Source: an uncultured cyanobacterium
Lineage (GTDB): Bacteria > Cyanobacteriota > Cyanobacteriia > Cyanobacteriales > CAWUOF01
Reading direction: 5' to 3'
Assembly (NCBI GenBank): GCA_963744145.1
Contig: CAVUSO010000001.1
Location: forward strand, 2,944,001-3,008,000
DNA: 64,000 nucleotides
Below, one piece after another: positions 51,278-62,171 of this stretch (positions within the stretch are counted from its first letter, which is position 1; the number at the start of each line of letters is the position of its first letter). Both the position numbers and the translations under genes were made by a program. A model generated the notes under the pieces. The model did no database searches. It saw only the letters and a list, made by a program, of their open reading frames with translations, and was not told where the DNA came from.

Positions 51278-52021
51278 TTATGTAGGAGAACGTCTTAATG
51301 TAATGTCAAATTTCCACTGTTTAGCCCCCTCCAGAATATTTTTTTTCTGATTAGCCAGAGATTTTTCCTGATTAGTTAGAGAATTTTCCTGATTAGCTAT
51401 GACTAAATACTGAAGACGGGGGGGCACTTCTTGTATTACTCTGTCTTGTTGATGTAAAGGATCACCCGCAAAAAACATCTGCGTTATTAAATCGTGGAAT
51501 CCTAACTTAGAAACATGAAAATGAATATGGGATGGACGAACCCAACCTCCCCATGCGGGATAGCTACTCGGCATAATCGTAAGGAATTCGTACCGACCCT
51601 GAATATCTGTTTGACAAAATCCCCAATGCTGAAAATTTGGATCTATAGTCCCATTTGTATCTTCAGGATGATCGTATCGCCCTTGTGCATCGGCTTGCCA
51701 TATCTCTACCTGAGCATTCTGAATAGGACGACATTGCTGATCAGTAACCCGTCCATACAAGTAAATCACCTGTCCTGCTGCAGGTTGGTTACGTCCATTG
51801 ATCAGGGTTAAATCATTGTCTTTATCTTCCTGGTTTTTTGTGGGATAAAATGGCCCTTCACCGAGAGGAGGAGTAACTATTGCCTTACAAGATTGAGCAT
51901 TTGTTTCTGTACGCCCAGATTGAGCTGACAATGGTAATCCTAGACCAATAGCTCCAGCCGACAGGAGTATTGATTTTTTTAACAAGTCACGTCTACCGAT
52001 TTTAAGAATTTTATGATCCAT
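51278..52021 (-). CDS. Intradiol ring-cleavage dioxygenase family protein with Tat signal
   Basis: GRRDLLK signal, EGPFY, VEIWQADAQGRY, PSSY, RPSHIHF, LITQMFF. Confidence 0.87.
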   Translation of the reverse strand: MDHKILKIGRRDLLKKSILLSAGAIGLGLPLSAQSGRTETNAQSCKAIVTPPLGEGPFYPTKNQEDKDNDLTLINGRNQPAAGQVIYLYGRVTDQQCRPIQNAQVEIWQADAQGRYDHPEDTNGTIDPNFQHWGFCQTDIQGRYEFLTIMPSSYPAWGGWVRPSHIHFHVSKLGFHDLITQMFFAGDPLHQQDRVIQEVPPRLQYLVIANQENSLTNQEKSLANQKKNILEGAKQWKFDITLRRSPT

Positions 52022-52312
52022 ATCGAAACTATATTTCTCCAATTTATATACAAATTTTGCTTGGCTGTTAGCAAAACCTGGTTAGAGCGGGTTTTCAGGT
52101 CAGAATCTTGGGGTTTGGATTCAACACCTATTCCCCTACGGATTAATGTAGGGGCGCAAAAGCTCTGCCGCCCGTTGATCTCAACCAAAGCTTTTAGGGC
52201 GGGTGTTTTTCTATTGTTTTTCTATTATAACATGATTATAACATTTTTTACCGAGGGTTTACCTCAACCAATTCCAGCGCTCATCTCCAGATAACTTTGG
52301 TTACTTCACAAC

Positions 52313-52408
52313 GGGTGCATCTCATATTTGCAAATTTATCAATCAGGTAACGAAAAACAAGCATTTCAGCCTCCTGTTTCAAGGTTTTTGCAAAACTGAG
52401 ATGCACCC
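52313..52408. mobile_element. 96-bp MITE with 9-bp target site duplication
   Basis: TIR GGGTGCATCTCA / TGAGATGCACCC; TSD cttcacaac at 52304-52312 and 52409-52417; empty site present in kinase 2 near 57890. Confidence 0.88.
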
Positions 52409-52842
52409 CTTCACAACCATTAGATACTTACCGCTCAAATTAATCCAATTGGTGAAAAGAACTCTCAATCATGTTGTACTTGATAGTTGGGAAAATCCTA
52501 GTCATCTGATTGACAATTATGGTTCTTCAATATCAACCTAAAAGCACTTTAGGTCTCCCCATCCTTGCTCCAGGGAGATTTGGTAGAGATTTTTGATCTC
52601 GAAAATTACTTAACCCAAGGAGTATTTACTCGCGATCGCTTAGTAGTGGTTCAGTTTCTCTGTACTCAAGCTGCTATTTCTCTCGTCAATGCTCGACTTG
52701 ATCAAAAAACACAAGCAGCATGACAAAATTTACAACCCAATTAGTTTTATTTCTGGTAAAATCGCTCATTCAAATGAATACATTACACTCTTAATTGAAT
52801 TGATTAAATTATACCAACAACTTGAATATCAACCGACTCTAG

Positions 52843-53267
52843 AACACCGATTCAGTAATAAAATACTGAGTATAAATATTTAAGAGATTTACCAGAAATA
52901 GGGCTGACTAAATTTAACTGGAATGTATAATCAGGACAGATTTTAACTGCTTGGACAGTTCAAGGAGACCAAGCTCGTTATTTTGGGATTCGGAAAAACT
53001 TATTTGATTTGCGACGTAGTGCTGTAGTTCATCACCTACATATTTTGGCGCGATTAGGAATAGATCACCTCCGAACAAGTCAGTTCACCGAGTCCCTCTC
53101 CAGTTTAATTAGGTTACATTTGTTTTCTGTCAGCATCAACTCTACCAATTTTCTTCAGATTTACTCAAAATCCTTTTCTTGGAAGATATTTGTTTTTTTG
53201 CGGAAACGCAATTACCGGATTAATATCCTCAGTATTTCTACTTATAATCTATTACTGAATCGGTGTT
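52843..53267 (+). mobile_element. Internally deleted IS (IS1182-like transposase C-terminal remnant)
   Basis: TIR aacaccgattcagtaata / tattactgaatcggtgtt flanked by duplicated CTAG; internal frame QGDQARYFGIRKNLFDLRRSAVVHHL; empty site ctctagagattg in kinase 1. Confidence 0.75.
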
Positions 53268-53286
53268 CTAGAGATTGCTGAAAAAT

Positions 53287-53581
53287 CGACAATTAGGATT
53301 AATACGAGCATGAATGATCTCCAAACTGCGGTGATCATCAAAATTGCGGATAATGGGATGGGGATCAAACCAGCTCTACTCACTAAAATTTTTGATCCCT
53401 TTTTTACCACTAAACCAGTGGGTCAAGGAACAGGATTAGGATTATCAATTAGTTACTCGATTATCGTGGAAAAACATCACGGTAAGTTAAGCTGTATTTC
53501 TCCTCCTGGGAGGGGAGCAGAATTTATCATTAAAATTCCCCTTTTTATTGACAATTAGGTCTAAGCTAGGTTATGATAAAA
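53287..53581 (+). repeat. 295-bp direct repeat, right copy
   Basis: Matches 45718-46012 at an offset of 7569 bp. Confidence 0.9.
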
Positions 53582-53613
53582 TTGGCCTAAAATCAGTTGA
53601 TTGATGAGAGTAT

Positions 53614-56600
53614 ATGATGAAAATCATCAACAATTATAATATTAATGAAGAAATATATCATGGTTCTCGCACTATTATTTATCGAGGAAATAGAAACTCT
53701 GACTTATTACCAGTAGTAATTAAATTATTAAAAAATCCGACTCCAAGTTTTAGTGAAATAGTCCAATTTCGGAACCAATATGCAATTCAAAAAAATCTGA
53801 ATTCACCATTAATTATTAAAACCTATAGTCTGGAATTTTACCAAAATAGTTATGCTTTGGTAATGGAAGATTTTGGTGGTATATCTTTGTCGGAATATTT
53901 ACAAACAAAAGACACATTAGGATTAAGTGATCTGGATGAATTTTTAACCATAGCCATCCGGATGTGTGATATTTTAGAAATACTACATGAGCAACGAATT
54001 ATTCATAAAGATATCAAACCAAGTAATATTTTAATTAATCCAGAAACTAAGGAAATTAAATTAATTGACTTTAGTATTGCATCTCTCTTACCAAAAGAAA
54101 ATCAAATTTTAATCAGTCCAAACGTTTTAGAAGGAACACTAGCATATATTTCCCCTGAACAGACGGGACGAATGAATCGGGGGATAGACTATCGCACGGA
54201 TTTTTATTCTTTAGGAGTAACTTTTTATGAACTACTGACAGGAAAGTTACCATTTAGAGCTGATGACCCAATGACTTTAGTGCATTGTCATATTGCTCAA
54301 TCAGCTCCATTAGTCAATGAAATTAATCCGCAAATTTCTCCAGTAATTGGGAAGATTGTTAATAAATTAATGGCTAAAAATGCGGAGGAACGTTATCAAA
54401 GTGCATTAGGATTGAAGCAAGATTTAGAACAATGTTTAAAAGCACTAATTACCACTGGTAAGATTAATGATTTTCCAATTGGTCAACAGGATATATGCGA
54501 TCGCTTTATTATTCCGGAAAAATTATATGGTCGTGAGCAAGAAGTCGCAACAATTTTAGCAGCATTTAATCGTGTAGCAAATCCCCAGGAAATCGAAGGT
54601 AATAGTAGAGGAAATAGAGAAATTATTTTAGTAACAGGTTTTTCGGGAATTGGCAAAACCGCAATCATTAATGAAGTACATAAACCGATAGTCAAACAAA
54701 GAGGATATTTCATTAAAGGAAAGTTTGATCAATTTAACCGTCATCTTCCCTTATCAGGGTTTGTCCAGACATTTCGAGATTTAATGACACAATTGTTACA
54801 TGAAACTGACTCAGAGTTAGCTGGATGGAAAACTAAAATATTAGCAGCATTAGGTGATAATGGACAAGTAATAATTGAAATAATTCCCGAATTAGAAAAA
54901 ATTATTGGTAAACAACCAGCAGCACCAGAGTTGTCGGGAATAGCAGCACAAAATCGGTTTCGTTTATTATTGCAAAAATTCGTGAAAGTATTCACGAGTA
55001 AAGAACATCCATTAGTGATATTTTTAGATGATTTGCAATGGGCAGATTCAGCATCATTACAATTAATTCAGGTACTGATGAATGAAGCAACAGCAGGATA
55101 TTTATTATTAATTGGAGCCTATAGAGATTATGAAGTATCGACCGTACATCCTTTAATGCTAACCTTAAATGAACTTAGGAAAAATTCTAAAATTATTAAT
55201 ACAATTACCTTAAATCCTCTGGAGAAATCAAGTTTAAATCAGTTAATCGCAGACACCTTAAACTGCACCATAGAAATCGCTCAACCATTAACAGATTTAG
55301 TTTATCAAAAAACTCAAGGAAATCCATTTTTTAGTATCCAATTTATCCAGAAATTGTCTAGAGATGGATTAATTAAATTTGCTGTCAAAAAGAGATATTG
55401 GGAATGTGATATTAGCGAAATTAAAGCGTTAGTATTAACTGATGATATCGTCGAATTTATGGCTTTACAGTTGCAGAAATTACCAAGGGAAACCCAGCAA
55501 GTATTAAAATTAGCAGCTTGTATCGGGAATCGATTTAATTTAGAAACTGTCGCAATGGTTTCAGAAAAATCACAATCAGAAACTGCTGGAGATTTATGGA
55601 CAGCATTATCTACAGGTTTAATCTTACCACAAAATGAAGTTTATAAATGCTATATCGAGCAAGAATTACCAGAAATAGATCAAGAATCACACCAAGTTGA
55701 ATATAAGTTTCTCCATGATCGGGTTCAACAAGCAGCTTATTCTTTAATTCCTGAATCAGAAAAAGCGATCGCTCATTATCAAATTGGTAAATTACTACTA
55801 GCACAAATGTCTCCCACCGACTTAGATGAGCAAATTTTTATCGTGGTGAATCAATTAAATTATGGGATTGACCTAATTGTAGACCAACAGGAACGCGATC
55901 AGCTTGCTCAACTGAATCTTAGTGCTGGTGATAAAGCAAGAACTGCAACTGCTTATCAAGCTGCGTATAATTATACAGAAATCGGGCTAACCTTACTTGG
56001 AGATGAAGCTTGGAGACGCGAGTACCAGATGACTTTGAAATTGTCTGAACTCGCGACAGAAGTAGCTGCTCTATGTGGATACTTTGAGCAGATGGAACAA
56101 TGGTTTAATGCGGTGATCACTCATGCTCAAACTTCCACCGAAAAAGTAGGAGTAACTATAGTAAAAATTCAGACATTATTTGCTCAAAACCAGCTTTTAG
56201 AAGCAATATCTATCGGTTTGGTAATGATCAAAGAATTAGGAGTTGAGATCCCTGATGTACCGACGAACCAGGATATTGAAGATGCTGTCGCACAAATTAA
56301 CAAATTAATCAGCGATCGCGAAACCAATGACCACAACTATCAACCGATTGAAGAATTATTTTATCTCCCATTAATGACAGATGAGCAAAAACTAGGGATT
56401 ATGCAGGTAGCGACAAGTATTCAAGCAGCTTGTTATATAGTCGGGTCGCTCCTGTTTCCGTTGCTAGTTGCTTTACAGGTAAAGCTATCAATCCAGTATG
56501 GTAACAGTCCTACTTCAGGTCTAAGCTATGCTTTTTATGGTCTTTTTCTGATTAACTTTCTCCAAAATGTAACAGATGCGATCCAGTTTAGTAAATTAGC

Positions 56601-59061
56601 ATACCAGCTAGCGGCTGAACCAAATGCCAAAAATATTCGCTCTGCAACTTTTCTGGTCATCGGTTCTTTTTTGCACCATCGTCATTCACCAATGAGGGAG
56701 ATTTTACCCTTACTTGAGTCAGGTTATCAAGCTGGATTAGAAACAGGTAATCTCGAATATGTTGGACATAATGGACAGGCGTTTTGTTTAAATTCCTATT
56801 GGTGTGGTCAAAATCTGACCGAATTAGAAACCCAAACCCGTGCTTATCGTCAGCAATTACTCGATTTGAATCAACTAACAACAGCAAACTACTGTTTAGT
56901 TTATTGGGAAACAATGCTATTTTTACTAGGTAATACTGACCAGATCGAACTCTCTTTTGAACAACCCCAATCTCAAGCAAAACTGGTTTCTGAGTCCCTC
57001 GCTTCTAACGATCTGTTCCGTGTATTTATCTTCTATTTATTCAGAGCAATTTTACAATTTTTAGAGAGAGATATTGAGTCAGCTACTACCGATATCGGGC
57101 AAGCAAGACAGTATGTAGCTGGAGGTATCGGATCTATTCCTGAAGTTGCTTTATATTTTTATGATTCTCTAATTATCCTTGCCAATATTACTCAATCTCA
57201 AACTGATTTACAAGGACAGCAACAACAAATCCAAGAAAACCAAATTAAATTACAGTTTTGGGCAGAACAAGCTCCGATGAATTATTTGCACAAGTGGCAA
57301 TTAGTAGAAGCTGAACGCTATCGAGTTTTGGGACAAAAAGCCGAAGCGATCGCGCTTTATGACGAAGCGATCTGTGGTGCTAAAGAAAATGAATATATCC
57401 AAGAAGAAGCTTTAGCTAATGAATTAGCAGCTAAATTTTATCTTGACTGGGGTAAGGAAAAAGTAGCCCAAAGCTATATCCAAGAAGCTTACTACTGTTA
57501 TGCTCGCTGGGGAGCAAAAGCTAAAACTGATGACTTAGAAAAACACTATTCTCACTTACTTCAACCAATTCTGCAATCACCAAATCTGAGTTTCAATCCC
57601 CTAGAAAGCATTAGTATTATTGCTACTACTTCTAGCCAAAAATCAATTCATCCTTCTATTTCTAGTAGTAACCGAATGACTGATTTTCTTGATTTTGCCT
57701 CTGTGATCAAAGCGGCTCAAGTTATTTCTACTAGTATTCAGTTAGAAGAATTAATTACTACCGTTAGCAAAATTATTATTGAAAATGCGGGAGCGAAAAA
57801 ATGCGTACTCATTCTACCTGATGAGAATGAATGGCAAATTCGAGCAATTACCTCAACCAATCCCAGTGATAATCTTCCCATAACTTTGTTTACTTCACAA
57901 CCATTAGATACTTATTCTGATCTACCGCTTAAATTAATCCAATTGGTGAAAAGAACTCTCAATCCTGTGGTATTTGATAGTTATGAAAATCCTAGTCATC
58001 TGATTGATAATTATCTCCTCCAATATCAACCCAAGAGCGCTTTAGGTCTCCCCATCCTGTATCAAGGAGATTTGGTGGGAATTTTTTATCTAGAAAATCA
58101 CTTAACCCAAGGAGTGTTTACTCGCGATCGCTTAGTAGTAGTTCAGTTTCTCTGTACTCAAGCTGCTATTTCTCTCGTCAATGCTCGACTTTACCAACAA
58201 ACACAAGCAGCATTACAAAATTTACAACAAGCCCAATTACAAATTGTGCAAAGTGAAAAAATGTCAGCTTTAGGTAATTTAGTTGCTGGAGTTGCCCATG
58301 AAATTAATAATCCGACTGGCTGTATTATTGGTAATATTGATTTTATGCAAAATTATATTCAAGACTTATTTAACATTATTGACCTCTATCGTGAAGAATT
58401 GCCCCAACCGAGTAGAAAACTTGCCAATGAATTGGCAAATATTGATCTAGATTTTCTGAGAAAAGATTTACCGAAACTGATTAAATCTATGAACGATGCA
58501 GCTGATCGCATTACCTCAATTAGTAATAGTCTTCGCACTTTCTCTCGTGCTGATTACGAATCTAAGCAGGAATTTAATCTCCATGAAGGACTCGATAGTA
58601 CAGTCATGATTTTACGTCATCGTCTCAAAGCAAATGAGCAGCGTCCCGCCATTGAAATTATCACTAATTATGGAAATATTCCCCATCTAAAATGTTTTCC
58701 TGGTCAACTTAATCAAGTATTTATGAATATTATTGCCAATGCGATCGATGCTCTAGAAGAATCTAATCAAGGACGTAGCTATGAAGATATTCAAACTGAT
58801 CCTAATCGCATCACCATTAGCACATCATTCCACCATCAATATATCCAGATTAGCATTGCTGATAATGGTACGGGAATGACAGAAGCAGTCAAACAACGGA
58901 TTTTTGAGCATTTATTTACTACTAAAGGTGTGGGTAAAGGTACGGGATTAGGACTAGCGATCGCCCGACAAATCATCGTAGACAAACATGGAGGGAAAAT
59001 TACGGTCAATTCCACTCCTGGAGTAGGAACAGAATTCTTGTTGGAATTACCAATAGTTTAA
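53614..59061 (+). CDS. Trifunctional Ser/Thr kinase - AAA ATPase - GAF - histidine kinase (copy 2)
   Basis: HKDIKPSN, GFSGIGKT, FLDDLQW, YLEN, AHEINNP, GTGLGL. Confidence 0.93.
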   Translation: MMKIINNYNINEEIYHGSRTIIYRGNRNSDLLPVVIKLLKNPTPSFSEIVQFRNQYAIQKNLNSPLIIKTYSLEFYQNSYALVMEDFGGISLSEYLQTKDTLGLSDLDEFLTIAIRMCDILEILHEQRIIHKDIKPSNILINPETKEIKLIDFSIASLLPKENQILISPNVLEGTLAYISPEQTGRMNRGIDYRTDFYSLGVTFYELLTGKLPFRADDPMTLVHCHIAQSAPLVNEINPQISPVIGKIVNKLMAKNAEERYQSALGLKQDLEQCLKALITTGKINDFPIGQQDICDRFIIPEKLYGREQEVATILAAFNRVANPQEIEGNSRGNREIILVTGFSGIGKTAIINEVHKPIVKQRGYFIKGKFDQFNRHLPLSGFVQTFRDLMTQLLHETDSELAGWKTKILAALGDNGQVIIEIIPELEKIIGKQPAAPELSGIAAQNRFRLLLQKFVKVFTSKEHPLVIFLDDLQWADSASLQLIQVLMNEATAGYLLLIGAYRDYEVSTVHPLMLTLNELRKNSKIINTITLNPLEKSSLNQLIADTLNCTIEIAQPLTDLVYQKTQGNPFFSIQFIQKLSRDGLIKFAVKKRYWECDISEIKALVLTDDIVEFMALQLQKLPRETQQVLKLAACIGNRFNLETVAMVSEKSQSETAGDLWTALSTGLILPQNEVYKCYIEQELPEIDQESHQVEYKFLHDRVQQAAYSLIPESEKAIAHYQIGKLLLAQMSPTDLDEQIFIVVNQLNYGIDLIVDQQERDQLAQLNLSAGDKARTATAYQAAYNYTEIGLTLLGDEAWRREYQMTLKLSELATEVAALCGYFEQMEQWFNAVITHAQTSTEKVGVTIVKIQTLFAQNQLLEAISIGLVMIKELGVEIPDVPTNQDIEDAVAQINKLISDRETNDHNYQPIEELFYLPLMTDEQKLGIMQVATSIQAACYIVGSLLFPLLVALQVKLSIQYGNSPTSGLSYAFYGLFLINFLQNVTDAIQFSKLAYQLAAEPNAKNIRSATFLVIGSFLHHRHSPMREILPLLESGYQAGLETGNLEYVGHNGQAFCLNSYWCGQNLTELETQTRAYRQQLLDLNQLTTANYCLVYWETMLFLLGNTDQIELSFEQPQSQAKLVSESLASNDLFRVFIFYLFRAILQFLERDIESATTDIGQARQYVAGGIGSIPEVALYFYDSLIILANITQSQTDLQGQQQQIQENQIKLQFWAEQAPMNYLHKWQLVEAERYRVLGQKAEAIALYDEAICGAKENEYIQEEALANELAAKFYLDWGKEKVAQSYIQEAYYCYARWGAKAKTDDLEKHYSHLLQPILQSPNLSFNPLESISIIATTSSQKSIHPSISSSNRMTDFLDFASVIKAAQVISTSIQLEELITTVSKIIIENAGAKKCVLILPDENEWQIRAITSTNPSDNLPITLFTSQPLDTYSDLPLKLIQLVKRTLNPVVFDSYENPSHLIDNYLLQYQPKSALGLPILYQGDLVGIFYLENHLTQGVFTRDRLVVVQFLCTQAAISLVNARLYQQTQAALQNLQQAQLQIVQSEKMSALGNLVAGVAHEINNPTGCIIGNIDFMQNYIQDLFNIIDLYREELPQPSRKLANELANIDLDFLRKDLPKLIKSMNDAADRITSISNSLRTFSRADYESKQEFNLHEGLDSTVMILRHRLKANEQRPAIEIITNYGNIPHLKCFPGQLNQVFMNIIANAIDALEESNQGRSYEDIQTDPNRITISTSFHHQYIQISIADNGTGMTEAVKQRIFEHLFTTKGVGKGTGLGLAIARQIIVDKHGGKITVNSTPGVGTEFLLELPIV

Positions 59062-59091
59062 AAATTTTCACCTCTAGTCATAATTGTGAGA

Positions 59092-59272
59092 CTATTGATG
59101 CGTTACCAAGCAGATAAAGGGTCTTCTCGATCGAATTAAGCACCGATAATTAGGATTAATACTAGTATGAATGATTTCCCAACTGGGGTGTACCGAATCA
59201 TGGAATGGGATCAGAATTGATCATTAAGATTCCCCTTTTTATTGACTTTTGGCTCTAAGTTAAGTTATCATA
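59092..59272 (+). pseudogene. Highly decayed fragment of the kinase 1 3' end
   Basis: caagcagat...aattaggattaatac.ag.atgaatgat and attccc..tttttattgac...tctaag similarity to about 45665-46010. Confidence 0.55.
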
Positions 59273-59308
59273 AGCAACGGACTACAATTAGTTAACTTCT
59301 TACAGATA

Positions 59309-62158
59309 ATGATCAAAAAAATAATAAATAATTATCTGCTCAATCAGAAAATAGATAATGGTTCTGGTAATAGACTTGTTCAAAAAAAAATAAAATCTGA
59401 CTTAATTTTGCCGAAAATCTTTCACCAAGTCCCTCTGCGAACCGTCTTAATTGTGCCTTTTGTGTTACAAATTTTTGTAGCAGTAGGGTTAACGGGGTGG
59501 TTGTCATTACGGAACGGACAGAAAGCAGTTAATGATGTTGCTACTCAGTTACGGAGTGAAATTAGCGATCGCGTCAAACAATATCTGGATAATTACTTAG
59601 AAAAACCTTTCATCATTAATCAACTGAATGCAGATGCGATCAAACGCGGAGATTTGAGCTTAGATTTGAATGACCCAACCTCATTATTACAAGCTCAAAA
59701 GTTACTTTTGCAAGAAATAAAAGTATTTACTTTTACCAGTGCAATTTCTTTGAGTTCAGCACTAGGAGGAGAATTTTTGTCTTATCGGCGACAAAGCATT
59801 AATAAAGAAGATAATTTACTGCAATATACCATTAGCAACAATTCTACTGACTATACTCTTCATACCTACGAGCTAGGTTGGAATGAAATTCCTACTGGAA
59901 AGGTTGAAAAAGATCCTAAAAAATATGATGCTCGACTCCGACCTTTTTACACTGTTGCTGAACAAAAAAAACAACCAACTTGGAACGAAATCTATGTAAA
60001 TCTTACTACACTTCAACCACAGTTGAGTGCGAGCTTTCCGATTTATAACGATCACGGTAAACTCCAAGGTATAGTGTCTAATGCTTTTGTTCTAGACGCG
60101 ATTAGCAAATTTCTAAATAATCTCAAGATTGGGAAATCCGGACAGATTTTTATTATCGAACGATCGGGATTATTAGTAGCAACTTCAACCCAACAACCAC
60201 TCTTTATATTAAGTCAAAAGAAAGGTGAGGAACCACGACGGGTTAAAGCTGGAGACAGTCATGATAGTTTGATTAGTTTAACTACTCAAAATTTAACCCA
60301 AAGATTTGGAAACTTAATTAATATTAAAAATCAACAATCCCTAGAATTTATGCTGTCCAAGCAGCAACATTTTATTCAAGTGATGCCATTTCAAGATGGT
60401 CGAGGACTTGATTGGATAGTAGTGGTCGTGGTGCCAGAATCTGACTTTATGGATCAAATTAATGCTAATACCCAGATTACAGTTTTATTGTGTTTATTAG
60501 CTTTAATTGTAGCCACAGCTATGGGGATATTTACTTCCAATTGGATTGCGGCACCAATTGGTCGGTTGAATCAAGCTAGTGAAGCGATCGCGTCTGGAGA
60601 ATTAGAGCAAAATATCTCTGACTTTCCCGTGCAAGAGCTAAGTGCTTTAGCTAAATCATTTAATCAAATGAGTCAGCAATTAAAGCATTCCTATCAATTC
60701 CTAGAACAACGAGTCCAAGATCGGACAGCCGAACTAGTAATAGCCAAAGAAAAAGCCGATGTAGCTAATCAGGCAAAAAGCACATTTATTGCTAACATGA
60801 GCCACGAATTACGCTCTCCGCTTAACGCTATTCTCGGTTTTGCTCAAATCATGACTCGCTCTCAAAATCTGCCCCGTGAGCATCAAGAAAGTGTGGGGAT
60901 TATCTCCCGGAGTGGGGAACATCTCCTTACTCTGATCAATAATATTCTTGACCTTTCTAAAATTGAAGCAGGTAAAACGACCCTTAATCCTAAAAACTTT
61001 GACCTTCATCGACTCCTGGAAGATATTCATGATATGTTTCAAATCAAGGCTGAAGAGAAAAATTTACAGTTACTCATGGAATATGCTCCTCATCTACCTC
61101 GTTACATCCGAACTGATGATATTAAATTACGTCAAGTGCTAATTAACATCATTAACAATGCTCTCAAATTTACTCAAACTGGAGGGATTTCTGTCAGAGT
61201 AGACCTTGGTGAAACTAAGACCTCATCCCACAGCATTCATTTTGAAATTGAAGATTCTGGAGCGGGGATTGCTCCAGAAGAACTAGGAAATTTATTTGAA
61301 GCATTCACTCAAACTGAGACGGGAAAACAAGCTCAAGAAGGAACAGGTTTAGGATTACCAATTAGTCGTCAATTTGTACATCTGATGGGAGGTGATATTA
61401 CCGTTAAAAGCCAAGTAGAAATTGGCACAACTTTTCTATTTGATATTCAAGTCACTGTCGTCGAAGCTAGCGATGTTACCACTCAACAACCTACGAGTCG
61501 AGTCATTGCTCTTGAACCGAATCAACCCAAATATCGTATTCTCATTGTTGACGACAAACCCCTCAATCGTCAGTTATTAATTAAGCTGCTTTCTCCTTTA
61601 GGATTTGAACTACAGGAAGCAATTAATGGACAAGAAGCTGTCAACATCTGGTCGGAGTGGGAACCCCATTTAATTTGGATGGATATGAGAATGCCAGTGA
61701 TGGATGGTTACACTGCTACCCAAATGATTAAAGCCCATATCAAAGGTCAAGCAACAGCGATTATTGCTCTTACTGCTAGCGTATTAGAAGAAGAAAAAGC
61801 AATGGTATTATCAGCAGGATGTGATGATTTCTTGAGAAAACCTTTCCGAGAGGAAGAAATTTTTAAAGCTATGCACAAACATATTGGTGTCACCTATATT
61901 TATGAAGATTTAACTCCTAATAATCTGGGAGTAAAGCATACAAAAGAGATTTTAACTGTCGCCGAAATGGCTAAATTACCGACGGAGTTATTAGCTCAAC
62001 TTCAAGAAGCAGTGATGTTTTCTGATGAGGATTTAATGGCTAAATTAGTCAATCAAATTACTCATCATAATGAACCTTTAGCACGGGCAATTGAAAATTC
62101 CCTGCATCATTTTGAATATGAAAAGATTTTGAATTTAATTGCAGCAACTCAACCATAA
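59309..62158 (+). CDS. Hybrid sensor histidine kinase (Cache, HAMP, HisKA, HATPase, receiver)
   Basis: Two TM segments, YDARLRPFY Cache motif, [23 protein letters not shown] receiver. Confidence 0.92.
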   Translation: MIKKIINNYLLNQKIDNGSGNRLVQKKIKSDLILPKIFHQVPLRTVLIVPFVLQIFVAVGLTGWLSLRNGQKAVNDVATQLRSEISDRVKQYLDNYLEKPFIINQLNADAIKRGDLSLDLNDPTSLLQAQKLLLQEIKVFTFTSAISLSSALGGEFLSYRRQSINKEDNLLQYTISNNSTDYTLHTYELGWNEIPTGKVEKDPKKYDARLRPFYTVAEQKKQPTWNEIYVNLTTLQPQLSASFPIYNDHGKLQGIVSNAFVLDAISKFLNNLKIGKSGQIFIIERSGLLVATSTQQPLFILSQKKGEEPRRVKAGDSHDSLISLTTQNLTQRFGNLINIKNQQSLEFMLSKQQHFIQVMPFQDGRGLDWIVVVVVPESDFMDQINANTQITVLLCLLALIVATAMGIFTSNWIAAPIGRLNQASEAIASGELEQNISDFPVQELSALAKSFNQMSQQLKHSYQFLEQRVQDRTAELVIAKEKADVANQAKSTFIANMSHELRSPLNAILGFAQIMTRSQNLPREHQESVGIISRSGEHLLTLINNILDLSKIEAGKTTLNPKNFDLHRLLEDIHDMFQIKAEEKNLQLLMEYAPHLPRYIRTDDIKLRQVLINIINNALKFTQTGGISVRVDLGETKTSSHSIHFEIEDSGAGIAPEELGNLFEAFTQTETGKQAQEGTGLGLPISRQFVHLMGGDITVKSQVEIGTTFLFDIQVTVVEASDVTTQQPTSRVIALEPNQPKYRILIVDDKPLNRQLLIKLLSPLGFELQEAINGQEAVNIWSEWEPHLIWMDMRMPVMDGYTATQMIKAHIKGQATAIIALTASVLEEEKAMVLSAGCDDFLRKPFREEEIFKAMHKHIGVTYIYEDLTPNNLGVKHTKEILTVAEMAKLPTELLAQLQEAVMFSDEDLMAKLVNQITHHNEPLARAIENSLHHFEYEKILNLIAATQP

Positions 62159-62171
62159 AAGAGAGATAAAA

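Larger units (their letters stand above)
52291..53558 (+). pseudogene. Decayed chimeric remnant of a third Ser/Thr/His kinase gene
   Basis: 52291-52735 matches kinase 2 GAF region (about 57880-58228); 52736-52843 and 53268-53558 match kinase 1 3' region; indels and two insertions. Confidence 0.8.

Noticed and set aside
53009..53558. ORFs 53009..53281 and 53310..53558 as genes
   Set aside because: They are a transposase remnant and a duplicated HATPase tail inside a decayed region
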